Assembly: GCA_964630905.1 (NCBI GenBank)
Contig: CAZVWR010000009.1
Span: forward strand, 208 to 64,207
Origin: an uncultured Spirochaetales bacterium
Lineage (GTDB): Bacteria > UBP6 > UBA1177
DNA: 64,000 nt
Direction: 5' to 3'
Shown: piece by piece, positions 40,105-48,610 of the stretch
Layout of the letters: every line of letters begins with the position of its first letter
Position numbering within the stretch: the stretch's first letter is position 1
The notes under the pieces: model-generated
Told to the model about the DNA's origin: nothing
The model's database searches: none
The model's input: only the letters and a program-made list of their open reading frames with translations
Position numbers and translations under genes: made by a program

Positions 40105-41449
40105 AAACTATCTCCGCATCATCAAATATGTTAAGAAAAGCCTTTGTTTTTACTAGAGTTTCTTCAAATTCTTTTTCGGGGTCGCTTTTGAAAGTTATCC
40201 CGCCGCCTGTTGAATAGATGAGCACATTTCCGACTCTTTGAACTGTCCGGATCGGGATGTTGAAAACGGCGTTTCCGTTTAATCCTGTGAATCCGACTGC
40301 TCCTGTATAGATATTCCGTTTATATTCCTCAAGTTCTGATATGATCTTCATTGCACTTATCTTTGGTGCTCCTGTAATCGATCCGCCGGGAAAAAGGGAC
40401 TTGAAAAGTTCTATTGTTTTTTCTTTTTCAATTTTGCCTGAAACAGTTGAAACAAGGTGGAAAAGTGTAAGAAATTCAAAGAGTTCAGCATGTTTTTCAA
40501 CTTTGACAGTCCCGGGATTAGCAACTTTTCCGATGTCATTTCTGATTAGATCAACGATCATGGCTAATTCCGCAAGATCTTTCCTGCTCTGAGCAAGTTC
40601 AGACTTAAGTGCCTGATCTTCCTGCTGATTTATCCCCTTTTTAATTGTCCCTTTTATCGGGAAACTGCTCACTTTTTCACCATTTTCAATTCTGAAAAAA
40701 CATTCAGGAGAAATTGAAAGGACTTCAACTTCTGAACTATTTATGAATGCCGCATAATCGGCATGGTTCTTTGACAGATATTTTGCAAAAAGAACCCATG
40801 ACGGAATTTCTGTTTTAATTTCAACCGGATATGTAAAATTTACCTGATAAACATCACCTGCCCCGATTCTTCTTCTTATCTCATTGACTGATTCAACATA
40901 TTTTTTCTTTGATATCAGAGCTTTTGCTTTTATAGAGCCAAGTTCATAATCAATATCAGGAATATCTGCTGCAAGTTCTTCAAAATAAAGCTGTTTCCTT
41001 TCATTGATCGAAGTAACCGAATGATTCGTTTCAAGAAGAACAAGTTCAGCCCTTTTTTCAAAGTTATCAACCACGATAAAGCTGTCTGAGAATACAAAAT
41101 GAAAAGCAGGAACATTCTGTAAACTCTTTTTTGAAACATTAACTTTCTCAATAAATTCAAGACATTCGTAATTCATCCAGCCCGAAAAAAGCGGTAACGG
41201 GATATTGTCTAAACTGCTGAAGGCGCGATAAGAAAATAAAGTTCTAATCAGATCATCAAAATTTTCATCAATTGAAAAAAGAGGATTGAGTGCCAGAACT
41301 GTAAATCTGCCATGGGATTGATGAAGCCCCGAACTGAAAAAAAGAGCGCGATCAATTTGTGATCCTGTGAGAAATGAAAGTTGAGCTAAGCCCGGAACTT
41401 TTTCAAGCTTAAATGTTTGAATTGATTTGATATTTATCCTGCAACTCAA
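40097..41449 (-). CDS. pabB: aminodeoxychorismate synthase component I
   Basis: 450 aa chorismate-binding enzyme (FPGGSITGAPKISAMKII, YTGAVGF). Called PabB rather than TrpE because of the coupled PabC-like gene and folP in the window. Confidence 0.82.
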   Translation of the reverse strand: MSCRINIKSIQTFKLEKVPGLAQLSFLTGSQIDRALFFSSGLHQSHGRFTVLALNPLFSIDENFDDLIRTLFSYRAFSSLDNIPLPLFSGWMNYECLEFIEKVNVSKKSLQNVPAFHFVFSDSFIVVDNFEKRAELVLLETNHSVTSINERKQLYFEELAADIPDIDYELGSIKAKALISKKKYVESVNEIRRRIGAGDVYQVNFTYPVEIKTEIPSWVLFAKYLSKNHADYAAFINSSEVEVLSISPECFFRIENGEKVSSFPIKGTIKKGINQQEDQALKSELAQSRKDLAELAMIVDLIRNDIGKVANPGTVKVEKHAELFEFLTLFHLVSTVSGKIEKEKTIELFKSLFPGGSITGAPKISAMKIISELEEYKRNIYTGAVGFTGLNGNAVFNIPIRTVQRVGNVLIYSTGGGITFKSDPEKEFEETLVKTKAFLNIFDDAEIVFE

Positions 41450-41588
41450 AAACTGCTCCTTAAAAGATCAAGGCCGAGTTTAGCACAATATCAGAGATTT
41501 GCAAAATCAGATTCTTGACCATTATATTTGACTTAAAAATTTATCCTCATATTCTTCCTTACTGTGTGTGTTTAATGAGGGAAAAAAC

Positions 41589-42281
41589 ATGTTGAAAAGT
41601 ATTAATTTTATGGTTTTCGGATTGGTTTTTATTCTTTTTTCATTTGTTTCGTGCTCAAACGATGATCCTTTGGCAACGGAAGATCTGGATAAGGACAATG
41701 TTGTCTCAGACAATGAGCAAAATGATTCACAAGTTACTGATGACACTGTAATTATTGATGAAAATGAAACCGTTGATCAGGAAACTGTTGTAGACGAGAA
41801 CGAAGAAACTGATGGTGACTTGTCCGATGACTTATCTGATGAAGTTTTAACGGATTTTGAAGAAGTAAATGATGATGAATCTTCAAATCTCAACACAGGT
41901 GACACAAGCGGAAATCAGGCGGTGACAGGAAAACCGGGAGCACCGTGCACAAAAGATGAAGATTGCACAAACTGGACAGGAACCGATGAGCAGTATGCCA
42001 TCTGTCTTCTTCCTGCAGAAGGATATCCGAGCGGTTACTGCAGTTTCATGTGTGACAGTTCAGTTGCTTTGAACTATGGCTGTAACGGCTTCGGTGGAGT
42101 TTATTATGGTTACGGAGCATTGGGAGACGGATACTGCTTTCATCCGTGTGACGACCCGAATGATTGCAGAGTCGGTTACAGATGTTCTCAAACTGTGGGT
42201 GCCTGTATGCCGGACTGTGCTGTAGATGCATGCAGTCTTGGAACCTGTGACGAAACCGAAAAAGTGTGCCTGGACAAATAA
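41589..42281 (+). CDS. acidic, Cys-rich secreted lipoprotein
   Basis: About 230 aa from the ATG at 41589 (GAGGGA Shine-Dalgarno). Lipobox MLKSINFMVFGLVFILFSFVSC, a D/E-rich linker, then a 16-Cys C-terminal domain. Confidence 0.7.
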   Translation: MLKSINFMVFGLVFILFSFVSCSNDDPLATEDLDKDNVVSDNEQNDSQVTDDTVIIDENETVDQETVVDENEETDGDLSDDLSDEVLTDFEEVNDDESSNLNTGDTSGNQAVTGKPGAPCTKDEDCTNWTGTDEQYAICLLPAEGYPSGYCSFMCDSSVALNYGCNGFGGVYYGYGALGDGYCFHPCDDPNDCRVGYRCSQTVGACMPDCAVDACSLGTCDETEKVCLDK

Positions 42282-42293
42282 CATTCCGGCACA

Positions 42294-42321
42294 TTGACTC
42301 TCAGACTTTCCTGCTTAGAAT
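42294..42321 (+). promoter_or_regulatory. sigma70-like promoter candidate for the SOD gene
   Basis: TTGACT (42294-42299), 16 nt, TAGAAT (42316-42321). Confidence 0.4.
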
Positions 42322-42358
42322 AACAGTAAGCTTATTAACTTTTGAATTGAGGTGATTT

Positions 42359-43066
42359 ATGAAAAATTTTTTAGTAATGTCAGCAATTTTTGCTGTTATG
42401 TTTTTAACGACCACTGCTGTTGCGGGTGATCAGAAAAAAGATGAGAAAAAAATGGGTGAAACACCTTTTGTTCAGCCGGAGCTTCCTTATGCATATGATG
42501 CTCTTGAACCTTATATCGATGCGAAAACAATGGAGATCCATTATTCAAAACATCATGCAGGATACACTGCCAACCTTAACAACGCCGCAAAAGGGACAAA
42601 ATACTGCAAAATGCCGATCGAACAGGTGCTCAAAGAAATGGACATGAATAATTTTCCGTTAAGAAACAATGCCGGCGGATATTACAACCACAACCTTTTC
42701 TGGGAGATAATGGGACCAAAAAAAGGGGGAAAACCAACAGGAGAACTTGTAAAAGCGATAGATAAGTCATTCGGATCATTTGACAAGTTCAAGGCAGAGT
42801 TCTCAAAAGCAGCGGCAACTCAGTTCGGATCAGGATGGGCATGGCTTAATGTTGAAACGGATAAAAAACTTTCGATATGTGCCACACCCAATCAGGACAA
42901 TCCTTTAATGCCGGGCACAAACTGCAAAGGAAAGCCAATACTTGCACTTGATGTATGGGAACACGCATATTACCTGAAATATCAGAACAAAAGAGGCGAC
43001 TACATTGACGCATTTTTCAGTGTCATCAACTGGGATAAAGTTTCTGAGAAATTTTTAAAGATTTGA
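42359..43066 (+). CDS. Fe/Mn superoxide dismutase with N-terminal Sec-type signal peptide
   Basis: 235 aa. MKNFLVMSAIFAVMFLTTTAVAG, then PELPYAYDALEPYIDAKTMEIHYSKHH...DVWEHAYY. Confidence 0.93.
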   Translation: MKNFLVMSAIFAVMFLTTTAVAGDQKKDEKKMGETPFVQPELPYAYDALEPYIDAKTMEIHYSKHHAGYTANLNNAAKGTKYCKMPIEQVLKEMDMNNFPLRNNAGGYYNHNLFWEIMGPKKGGKPTGELVKAIDKSFGSFDKFKAEFSKAAATQFGSGWAWLNVETDKKLSICATPNQDNPLMPGTNCKGKPILALDVWEHAYYLKYQNKRGDYIDAFFSVINWDKVSEKFLKI

Positions 43067-43152
43067 TTTGACTTTAAAACAATTGTGCTGATATTGTATT
43101 TTAAGACATTCGAGTCTGAATTGGTTTTTTATTTTTGATAATGGAGAGAAAA

Positions 43153-43665
43153 ATGGGAAAAAGAACAGGCGTAATTACTTTCAAGGGAAATCCCCTTACA
43201 CTTGCAGGAGATGAAACAAAAGTCGGGACAAAAGCTCCCGATTTTTATGCTTTGAATAATAAACTTGAACCGGTTAAACTCAGCGATTTTAATGGAAAGG
43301 TTCGCATCATTTCAGTTTTCCCGTCAATTGATACACCGGTCTGTGCCGCTCAGACACGCAGATTCAATGTTGAAGCTGCAAATCTCGGTGATGTTCAGAT
43401 ACTTACAGTTTCGTGTGATCTTCCTTTTGCTCTCGGCAGATTCTGTGCCGCTGAAGGAATAGATAAAGAGATAACACTTTCAGACCACAAAGAGCTTGAT
43501 TTCGGCCTTAAATACGGATTTGTGATCGATGAGCTCCGTCTCCTTGCCCGGGGTGTTGTTGTCGTTGATAAAGCCGGCGTTGTAAAATATGTCGAATATG
43601 TAAAGGAAGTTACTGATGAACCCGATTACGATTCAGCAATAAAAGCCGCCCGTGAACTTATCTAA
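43153..43665 (+). CDS. tpx: thiol peroxidase (atypical 2-Cys peroxiredoxin)
   Basis: 170 aa from MGKRTGVITFKGNPLTL (GGAGAG Shine-Dalgarno). Peroxidatic Cys in FPSIDTPVCAAQ and resolving Cys in SCDLPFA. Confidence 0.92.
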   Translation: MGKRTGVITFKGNPLTLAGDETKVGTKAPDFYALNNKLEPVKLSDFNGKVRIISVFPSIDTPVCAAQTRRFNVEAANLGDVQILTVSCDLPFALGRFCAAEGIDKEITLSDHKELDFGLKYGFVIDELRLLARGVVVVDKAGVVKYVEYVKEVTDEPDYDSAIKAARELI

Positions 43666-43670
43666 GGTTT

Positions 43671-44825
43671 TTATCTCAGACTTCTGTAGTAAATGCGACC
43701 GGTCACTTTTATATCAGGTGTGACTGAAGGATCTGTTGTTTCGACTGTTATTTTGTAAAGAATTCCGTTTTCTCCCGGTTCGTTCTTTGCCGCCTCATCA
43801 ACATAGGCATAATAGAACTTATACCCTTTTCCGTTATCTTCAGGGTGAAAGATGCTGACCGGTGATTCTATCATCTGGTAAAAGAAAACTCCCCACACTG
43901 TTGAGAAATTTATCCTTACTGCCGGATGGGTGTCAATTCTCTGATCCGATTTTGCCAGTTCTTCATCCGCCCATCTCACTTCAAGAAGCATTTTTGCATG
44001 AGTGTTTTTGTCTGCATCGAAATCTCCGAAATCATTGGTGGAAAGTGACCATGAAGTTCTGGAATCGCTCACAAGACCTGTCTTTTTTATTGTTCTGTAT
44101 TCACTGTCGGGATCGTCAATGTCCCATGTCTCTTCAACATTTCCTTCAATTCCAAGTTGAGGGATTCTTGCTTTTATAAGACCGAGATCCTCATGAACCC
44201 ATGCTTCACCTTCAAGAGGAATGTTTTTTACAATTGCAGGAAGCGAATCTCCAGTCAAAGTGCCGTTCAATTCAATATGAGTTACTCCGGAAAGGTTTCC
44301 CATCGCTGTCTCAACGACCGCGTCTTTTGATTTTATGGTGTACGAGCCACCCACATTAACCGTTTTAATCCCCTCAAATTCAGGGATAGTTCCGGTATAA
44401 ACGGTTTCGAAATCCTGTTTTTCATCTACCGAAACGTCAATGTTTATTGTTAAGGGGGGGTCAAAAGTTCCGGTAATAGTTACATGGTCATCAATTCCGG
44501 AAATTGTCATTTTTCCATCTGAGCCGAGAGGATAAGGTCTAACCCAGAGTTCTGTTCCCTCGGTTTCACTTTCAACATACCCCAACTCATTAAGACCGGT
44601 CAGAAGATATTTTTCATATGTTGTTCCGTTCACATCTTTCTGACCTACAACTCTTCCAACAAAAGGTTTCTGATAAGAGCCGTAATTGCCTGAATAAGCG
44701 ATCCTGTGTGCAGCATTAACGCTCAATTCACCATACGGTTTTTTGACATCAACACTGTCCGATGAGCCATCGCAGGAAACACAAAGAAAAACAACACATA
44801 CGATCAGTAAATAAAATCTGAACAT
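43671..44825 (-). CDS. hypothetical lipoprotein
   Basis: About 384 aa from MFRFYLLIVCVVFLCVSC (lipobox). GGAGG Shine-Dalgarno, and the ATG sits 1 nt after the pabA stop. No family recognised. Confidence 0.6.
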   Translation of the reverse strand: MFRFYLLIVCVVFLCVSCDGSSDSVDVKKPYGELSVNAAHRIAYSGNYGSYQKPFVGRVVGQKDVNGTTYEKYLLTGLNELGYVESETEGTELWVRPYPLGSDGKMTISGIDDHVTITGTFDPPLTINIDVSVDEKQDFETVYTGTIPEFEGIKTVNVGGSYTIKSKDAVVETAMGNLSGVTHIELNGTLTGDSLPAIVKNIPLEGEAWVHEDLGLIKARIPQLGIEGNVEETWDIDDPDSEYRTIKKTGLVSDSRTSWSLSTNDFGDFDADKNTHAKMLLEVRWADEELAKSDQRIDTHPAVRINFSTVWGVFFYQMIESPVSIFHPEDNGKGYKFYYAYVDEAAKNEPGENGILYKITVETTDPSVTPDIKVTGRIYYRSLR

Positions 44826-44826
44826 C

Positions 44827-45405
44827 TTAACCTCCACTGCCTGATCCAATAAAATTACCTAATATTCTGCTCCCATTCTCAGTCAGGAACGATTCAGGAT
44901 GATACTGAACCCCCTCAAACAGAGGGTTTTTAATGTCCCGAAGTCCCATGATAAATCCGCTTTCGCCAGTAGCTGTTATTTTAAGTTCTGTTTCATCAAT
45001 GTCTGTGACACAGAGTGAATTATATCTTGCGGCAAGAAACCCCTGAGCCATTCCTGAATGAATTCCGGTACTTATGTGAAAAATTTTTTCTACCGAACCG
45101 TGAACGGGGGGATGTTTTTCGATCTTTCCGCCGCTTAAATAAGCCATCATCTGCATTCCAAGACACACTCCGAGTATCGGGATCTTATCCTTGAAAAACT
45201 GAGCCGCCTCAATTGAAACCCTTGAATCTTCAGGCCTTCCCGGGCCGGGGGAAATAACAAGATGTGAAAATTTAATTCTTTTCAATTCAGCAAGAGTTAT
45301 CTCGTCATTTCTGAAAACTAAACAGTTGCCTTCATTAGCGAAAAACTGATAAAGGTTGTATGTAAAACTGTCGTAATTATCTATTATTACGATGTTTTTA
45401 GACAT
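44827..45405 (-). CDS. pabA: aminodeoxychorismate/anthranilate synthase component II (glutamine amidotransferase)
   Basis: 192 aa. Has IVIIDNYDSFTYNL, GVCLGMQ and QYHPES. Confidence 0.88.
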   Translation of the reverse strand: MSKNIVIIDNYDSFTYNLYQFFANEGNCLVFRNDEITLAELKRIKFSHLVISPGPGRPEDSRVSIEAAQFFKDKIPILGVCLGMQMMAYLSGGKIEKHPPVHGSVEKIFHISTGIHSGMAQGFLAARYNSLCVTDIDETELKITATGESGFIMGLRDIKNPLFEGVQYHPESFLTENGSRILGNFIGSGSGG

Positions 45406-46341
45406 TTACGGGTTCGGCCAGTCAACAAAAACACAATCAGATTTTGAGCTGCAGGATGTTCCTCCGCTGTACTGACCGAGGGTCTTATTTGCGCAGTCAG
45501 CAGGGCATGAACCGTCACTTTCTATCAAATTTGTTGATACATAGCACCACTCATACCCATTTTTGTCGCAATAAGTTGAAGTGCCGACAGCTTTACATTT
45601 TTTATCAAAGGTTCCTTCGCATTCCCAGTATCCGTTCATAGATATAGTCCATGGATAAAATATACAGTCAAAAGCATCCTTACAGCTTTTTCCGTCACCC
45701 GAGTCTTTGAAATCGCAGTCCGCAGGACACGATTTTTTAGATTCACCGCTTCTTGGTTCACATGTTCCGTTTCCGCAGGCAGCCGTTCCATATTGAGGTG
45801 TACAGACCTTGCTGATACAGTCCCAGCTACCCTGTTTTTCAACGCATCCGCCTTCATCACCCCAGAATCCACCCATACAGACCTGTTTCTGTTCTCCAAG
45901 ATTATTTGTGCCGCAGGGAAGTGTTCTTGTTTCTTCGCCTACGCACTCTGTTCCGCCGGTATTTCCTGAATCACCTGTATTTCCTGAGTTGCCGGTATTT
46001 CCAGTATTTCCAGTATTTCCAGTGTTTCCGGTGTTGCCAGTATTTCCGGTGTTGCCGGTATCGCCAGAGTCACCGCTGTTGCCGGAATTACCGGTATCGC
46101 CTGAATTTCCTGAGTCACCTGTATTTCCGGTGTCTCCAGTGTTTCCGGTGTCTCCAGTGTTTCCGGTGTTGCCAGTATTTCCGGTGTTGCCGGTATTACC
46201 GGTATCTCCAGTATTGCCGGTATCTCCAGTATTACCGGTATCACCTGAATCACCTACTGCAACCCTTTTGGTCTGATTGGTGTCACATGAAATAAAAAGA
46301 AAAAAGAATGCGATCAAAATTGCAGAAAATCTGATTTTCAT
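45406..46341 (-). CDS. lipoprotein with 34 uninterrupted G-[DN]-[TS] triplets and Cys-rich C-terminal domain
   Basis: 311 aa. Lipobox [34 protein letters not shown]...GNTGGT covers 102 aa. The C-terminal 170 aa has more than 20 Cys. Confidence 0.8.
   Translation of the reverse strand: MKIRFSAILIAFFFLFISCDTNQTKRVAVGDSGDTGNTGDTGNTGDTGNTGNTGNTGNTGNTGDTGNTGDTGNTGDSGNSGDTGNSGNSGDSGDTGNTGNTGNTGNTGNTGNTGNTGNSGNTGDSGNTGGTECVGEETRTLPCGTNNLGEQKQVCMGGFWGDEGGCVEKQGSWDCISKVCTPQYGTAACGNGTCEPRSGESKKSCPADCDFKDSGDGKSCKDAFDCIFYPWTISMNGYWECEGTFDKKCKAVGTSTYCDKNGYEWCYVSTNLIESDGSCPADCANKTLGQYSGGTSCSSKSDCVFVDWPNP
45955..46254 (-). repeat. in-frame 9-bp-periodic tandem repeat encoding (G-[DN]-[TS])34
   Basis: About 300 bp of ggtatt(t/a)cc / ggtgttgcc / ggtatc(g/t)cc units. 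Confidence 0.9.
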
Positions 46342-46389
46342 ATCAGCCTCCGGAATAAATTGCCTCTAAAAAACAAACGCTTATCTATT

Positions 46390-47487
46390 TTATGACAAAA
46401 TATTATTTTTGGAAGTTGTTTTTTTCAGTATTTCCACGACGGTCATTACATCAATGTTTACCGGATTATTGTCAGATCTGCCGGGAACGATGGATTGTCC
46501 GGCGATAGATTCAAAATCGTTTTCCAAAACACCGTAATCATAAATGTTTATGCTGAAACCCATTGAATTCATTATGTCTTTCATTTTGCCGCTCAGCCCG
46601 GAAATGTTTTTGACATTAAACAATTTGAAAAGTTCATCAAAAACCGCAGAAGTTTTCTGATTGAAATTTATTTCTGCAAGATGGGGAAGTGTAAGAAAAA
46701 CTGCAATTCCATGAGAAATTCCGAATTTAGCAGTAAGCGGATATGAAATGGCATGAGAAGCAGTTGTTTTTGAGATATTAATAGCTTTTCCTGCAAGATA
46801 GCTTCCCATTTGAAAGAGTTTGAGTTTTTCAATATTATCAGCATGTTGAATTCCTTTCAAAATAAGTTTCACCGCCTCTTTTGCGTAACCGTACGATTCT
46901 TCCGTTGCTCCTTTTGCCCACATGGATTCAACTGCCTGGGAAAGGGCATCAAGAACTGTTGCGTTCCTGATCTTTTCGGGAAGCTCAAGAAGAAAAGTAT
47001 GATCAAGTATGACCGCTTCAGCTCTGATCGTATTATGTGCGACAGAATATTTTTTCCCGTTTTTATATACAACGGCAAAATGTGTCGCTTCGCTTCCTGT
47101 TCCGCAGGTAGTTGGAACAAATATCAGTTTTTTCAAGTTCTTAAACCCTGACGGGTCTGCAAGGATGGAATCTATTTTTTCAAGACGGTTTGATAGAGCC
47201 AGAGCAATTATCTTTGCAATGTCCATGACCGTTCCGCCACCGACTGCCACAACATGAGAAAAGGCTCTTTCTTTAATGTTATCATAAAGTTGCTGAATAT
47301 CCTCAACTGGCAGTGCTGACCCTGAATATGTCAAATGGTTTGCCTTTTGTTCCGATATTATGTTGATGATGACATTCTTTTTATCGGCGTTTGCAAGAGT
47401 TTCTTCAGGCATTGTTATAAAAAGGGTTTTTTCTGCATAAATAAGTGACGGAAGAACCGAAATATCATAAAAAAGAGAGCTATCCAT
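46390..47487 (-). CDS. iron-containing alcohol dehydrogenase, probable phosphonoacetaldehyde reductase (FomC/PhpC-like)
   Basis: 365 aa Fe-ADH fold (VAVGGGTVMDIAK; HAISYPL...HGIAV). It overlaps the phosphonopyruvate decarboxylase gene by 8 nt. Confidence 0.75.
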   Translation of the reverse strand: MDSSLFYDISVLPSLIYAEKTLFITMPEETLANADKKNVIINIISEQKANHLTYSGSALPVEDIQQLYDNIKERAFSHVVAVGGGTVMDIAKIIALALSNRLEKIDSILADPSGFKNLKKLIFVPTTCGTGSEATHFAVVYKNGKKYSVAHNTIRAEAVILDHTFLLELPEKIRNATVLDALSQAVESMWAKGATEESYGYAKEAVKLILKGIQHADNIEKLKLFQMGSYLAGKAINISKTTASHAISYPLTAKFGISHGIAVFLTLPHLAEINFNQKTSAVFDELFKLFNVKNISGLSGKMKDIMNSMGFSINIYDYGVLENDFESIAGQSIVPGRSDNNPVNIDVMTVVEILKKTTSKNNILS

Positions 47488-48610
47488 TTTTTATGCAATT
47501 CATGAAATTTGCTTTGTTTTCAACAGGTGTCGTTGTCGGTCTTCCAAGATCGGGACGGGATCCTTTTTTTGATCGTACCACAAGGAGTTTGAGCTCATTA
47601 TTTTTAACCAGTTCAGGAATGGTTTTTTCCACTTCTGCAATGGAAGATGCCGAAAACACGAATTTGTAGCCGCAGTTTTTTGCAACACCTTCAAAAGAGA
47701 CTGTTGAAGATAAAGTGGGTTGTCCTCCGGTTGATTCATGTGCCTGATTGTCAATGATGATGTGAGTGATATTTCTGTTCTGTCCGTGCTTTCCAAGAGC
47801 CGCAAAAGTTCCCATCTGCATCAAAGCGGCACCGTCACCGTCAATTATGAAAACGGGTTTCCCGTGATCTCCTGTAGCAACTCCAAGAGCAATTGAAGAA
47901 GCGCAGCCCATTGATCCGACGGTATAAAAATCAGTATCATGAGGAAGCTTGAATTTTTCTCTTATTTCAAAAAGTTCTCTGCTTGTTTTTCCGGTGGTTG
48001 AAATGAAAAGAGAGTTCACCGGAGCTGCGGCAACTATTTTCTCAAGTATCTCTTCTCTGAGAGGAAGTGGATTTTCAGTTTTTTTCTTTTCAACGCAAGG
48101 CTCTGAAAACATTTCGCTTTTTACGATTATTGCAAAAGGGCTCCTGTTTACTTTACAGTATTTTAAAGCGCTGGTTATCTGTTCCTGCCAGCTCTCTATA
48201 TCAAGTTCACAGCTCTCTATTTCAAGGGTTTTAAGCAGATCTTTTGTAATGCGACCCATCATTTTATGCTGAGGTTCATCTTTTTTTCCCGGTTCGCCAC
48301 GCCATCCGATTATCATGAGCATCGGAATGGAATATACATCTTTTGAAGCAAGGGAAGTGTACGGGTTTACAGTTTTGCCGAAGCCGGAATTCTGCATGTA
48401 GACAACAGGGATCTTACCCGTTGCAAGGTGATAACCGCAGGCAATGCCGACCGCTTCACATTCATTAGATGCGGCAAGATGTTTAAACCAGGGATTGCCA
48501 GAATTGATAAATGTTGTAAGTCCTTTGAAAGTTGAGTCAGGAACACCTGTAAAAAGATCAGTTCCGTTTTCAGCAAGGAACGATATGAATTTTTCCGGAT
48601 CTATCATCAT
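47480..48610 (-). CDS. phosphonopyruvate decarboxylase (ThDP-dependent; Fom2/AepY-like)
   Basis: 376 aa. N-terminal [22 protein letters not shown]. ThDP motif [13 protein letters not shown]...IIIDN. Confidence 0.85.
   Translation of the reverse strand: MMIDPEKFISFLAENGTDLFTGVPDSTFKGLTTFINSGNPWFKHLAASNECEAVGIACGYHLATGKIPVVYMQNSGFGKTVNPYTSLASKDVYSIPMLMIIGWRGEPGKKDEPQHKMMGRITKDLLKTLEIESCELDIESWQEQITSALKYCKVNRSPFAIIVKSEMFSEPCVEKKKTENPLPLREEILEKIVAAAPVNSLFISTTGKTSRELFEIREKFKLPHDTDFYTVGSMGCASSIALGVATGDHGKPVFIIDGDGAALMQMGTFAALGKHGQNRNITHIIIDNQAHESTGGQPTLSSTVSFEGVAKNCGYKFVFSASSIAEVEKTIPELVKNNELKLLVVRSKKGSRPDLGRPTTTPVENKANFMNCIKNG

Noticed and set aside
45955-46254. Possible CRISPR array or non-coding satellite at the three repeat tracts (5498-5664, 8128-8332, 45955-46254).
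   Set aside because: The period is 9 bp with no spacers. The tracts are in-frame parts of long ORFs encoding G-[DN]-[TS] triplets. No cas genes are present.
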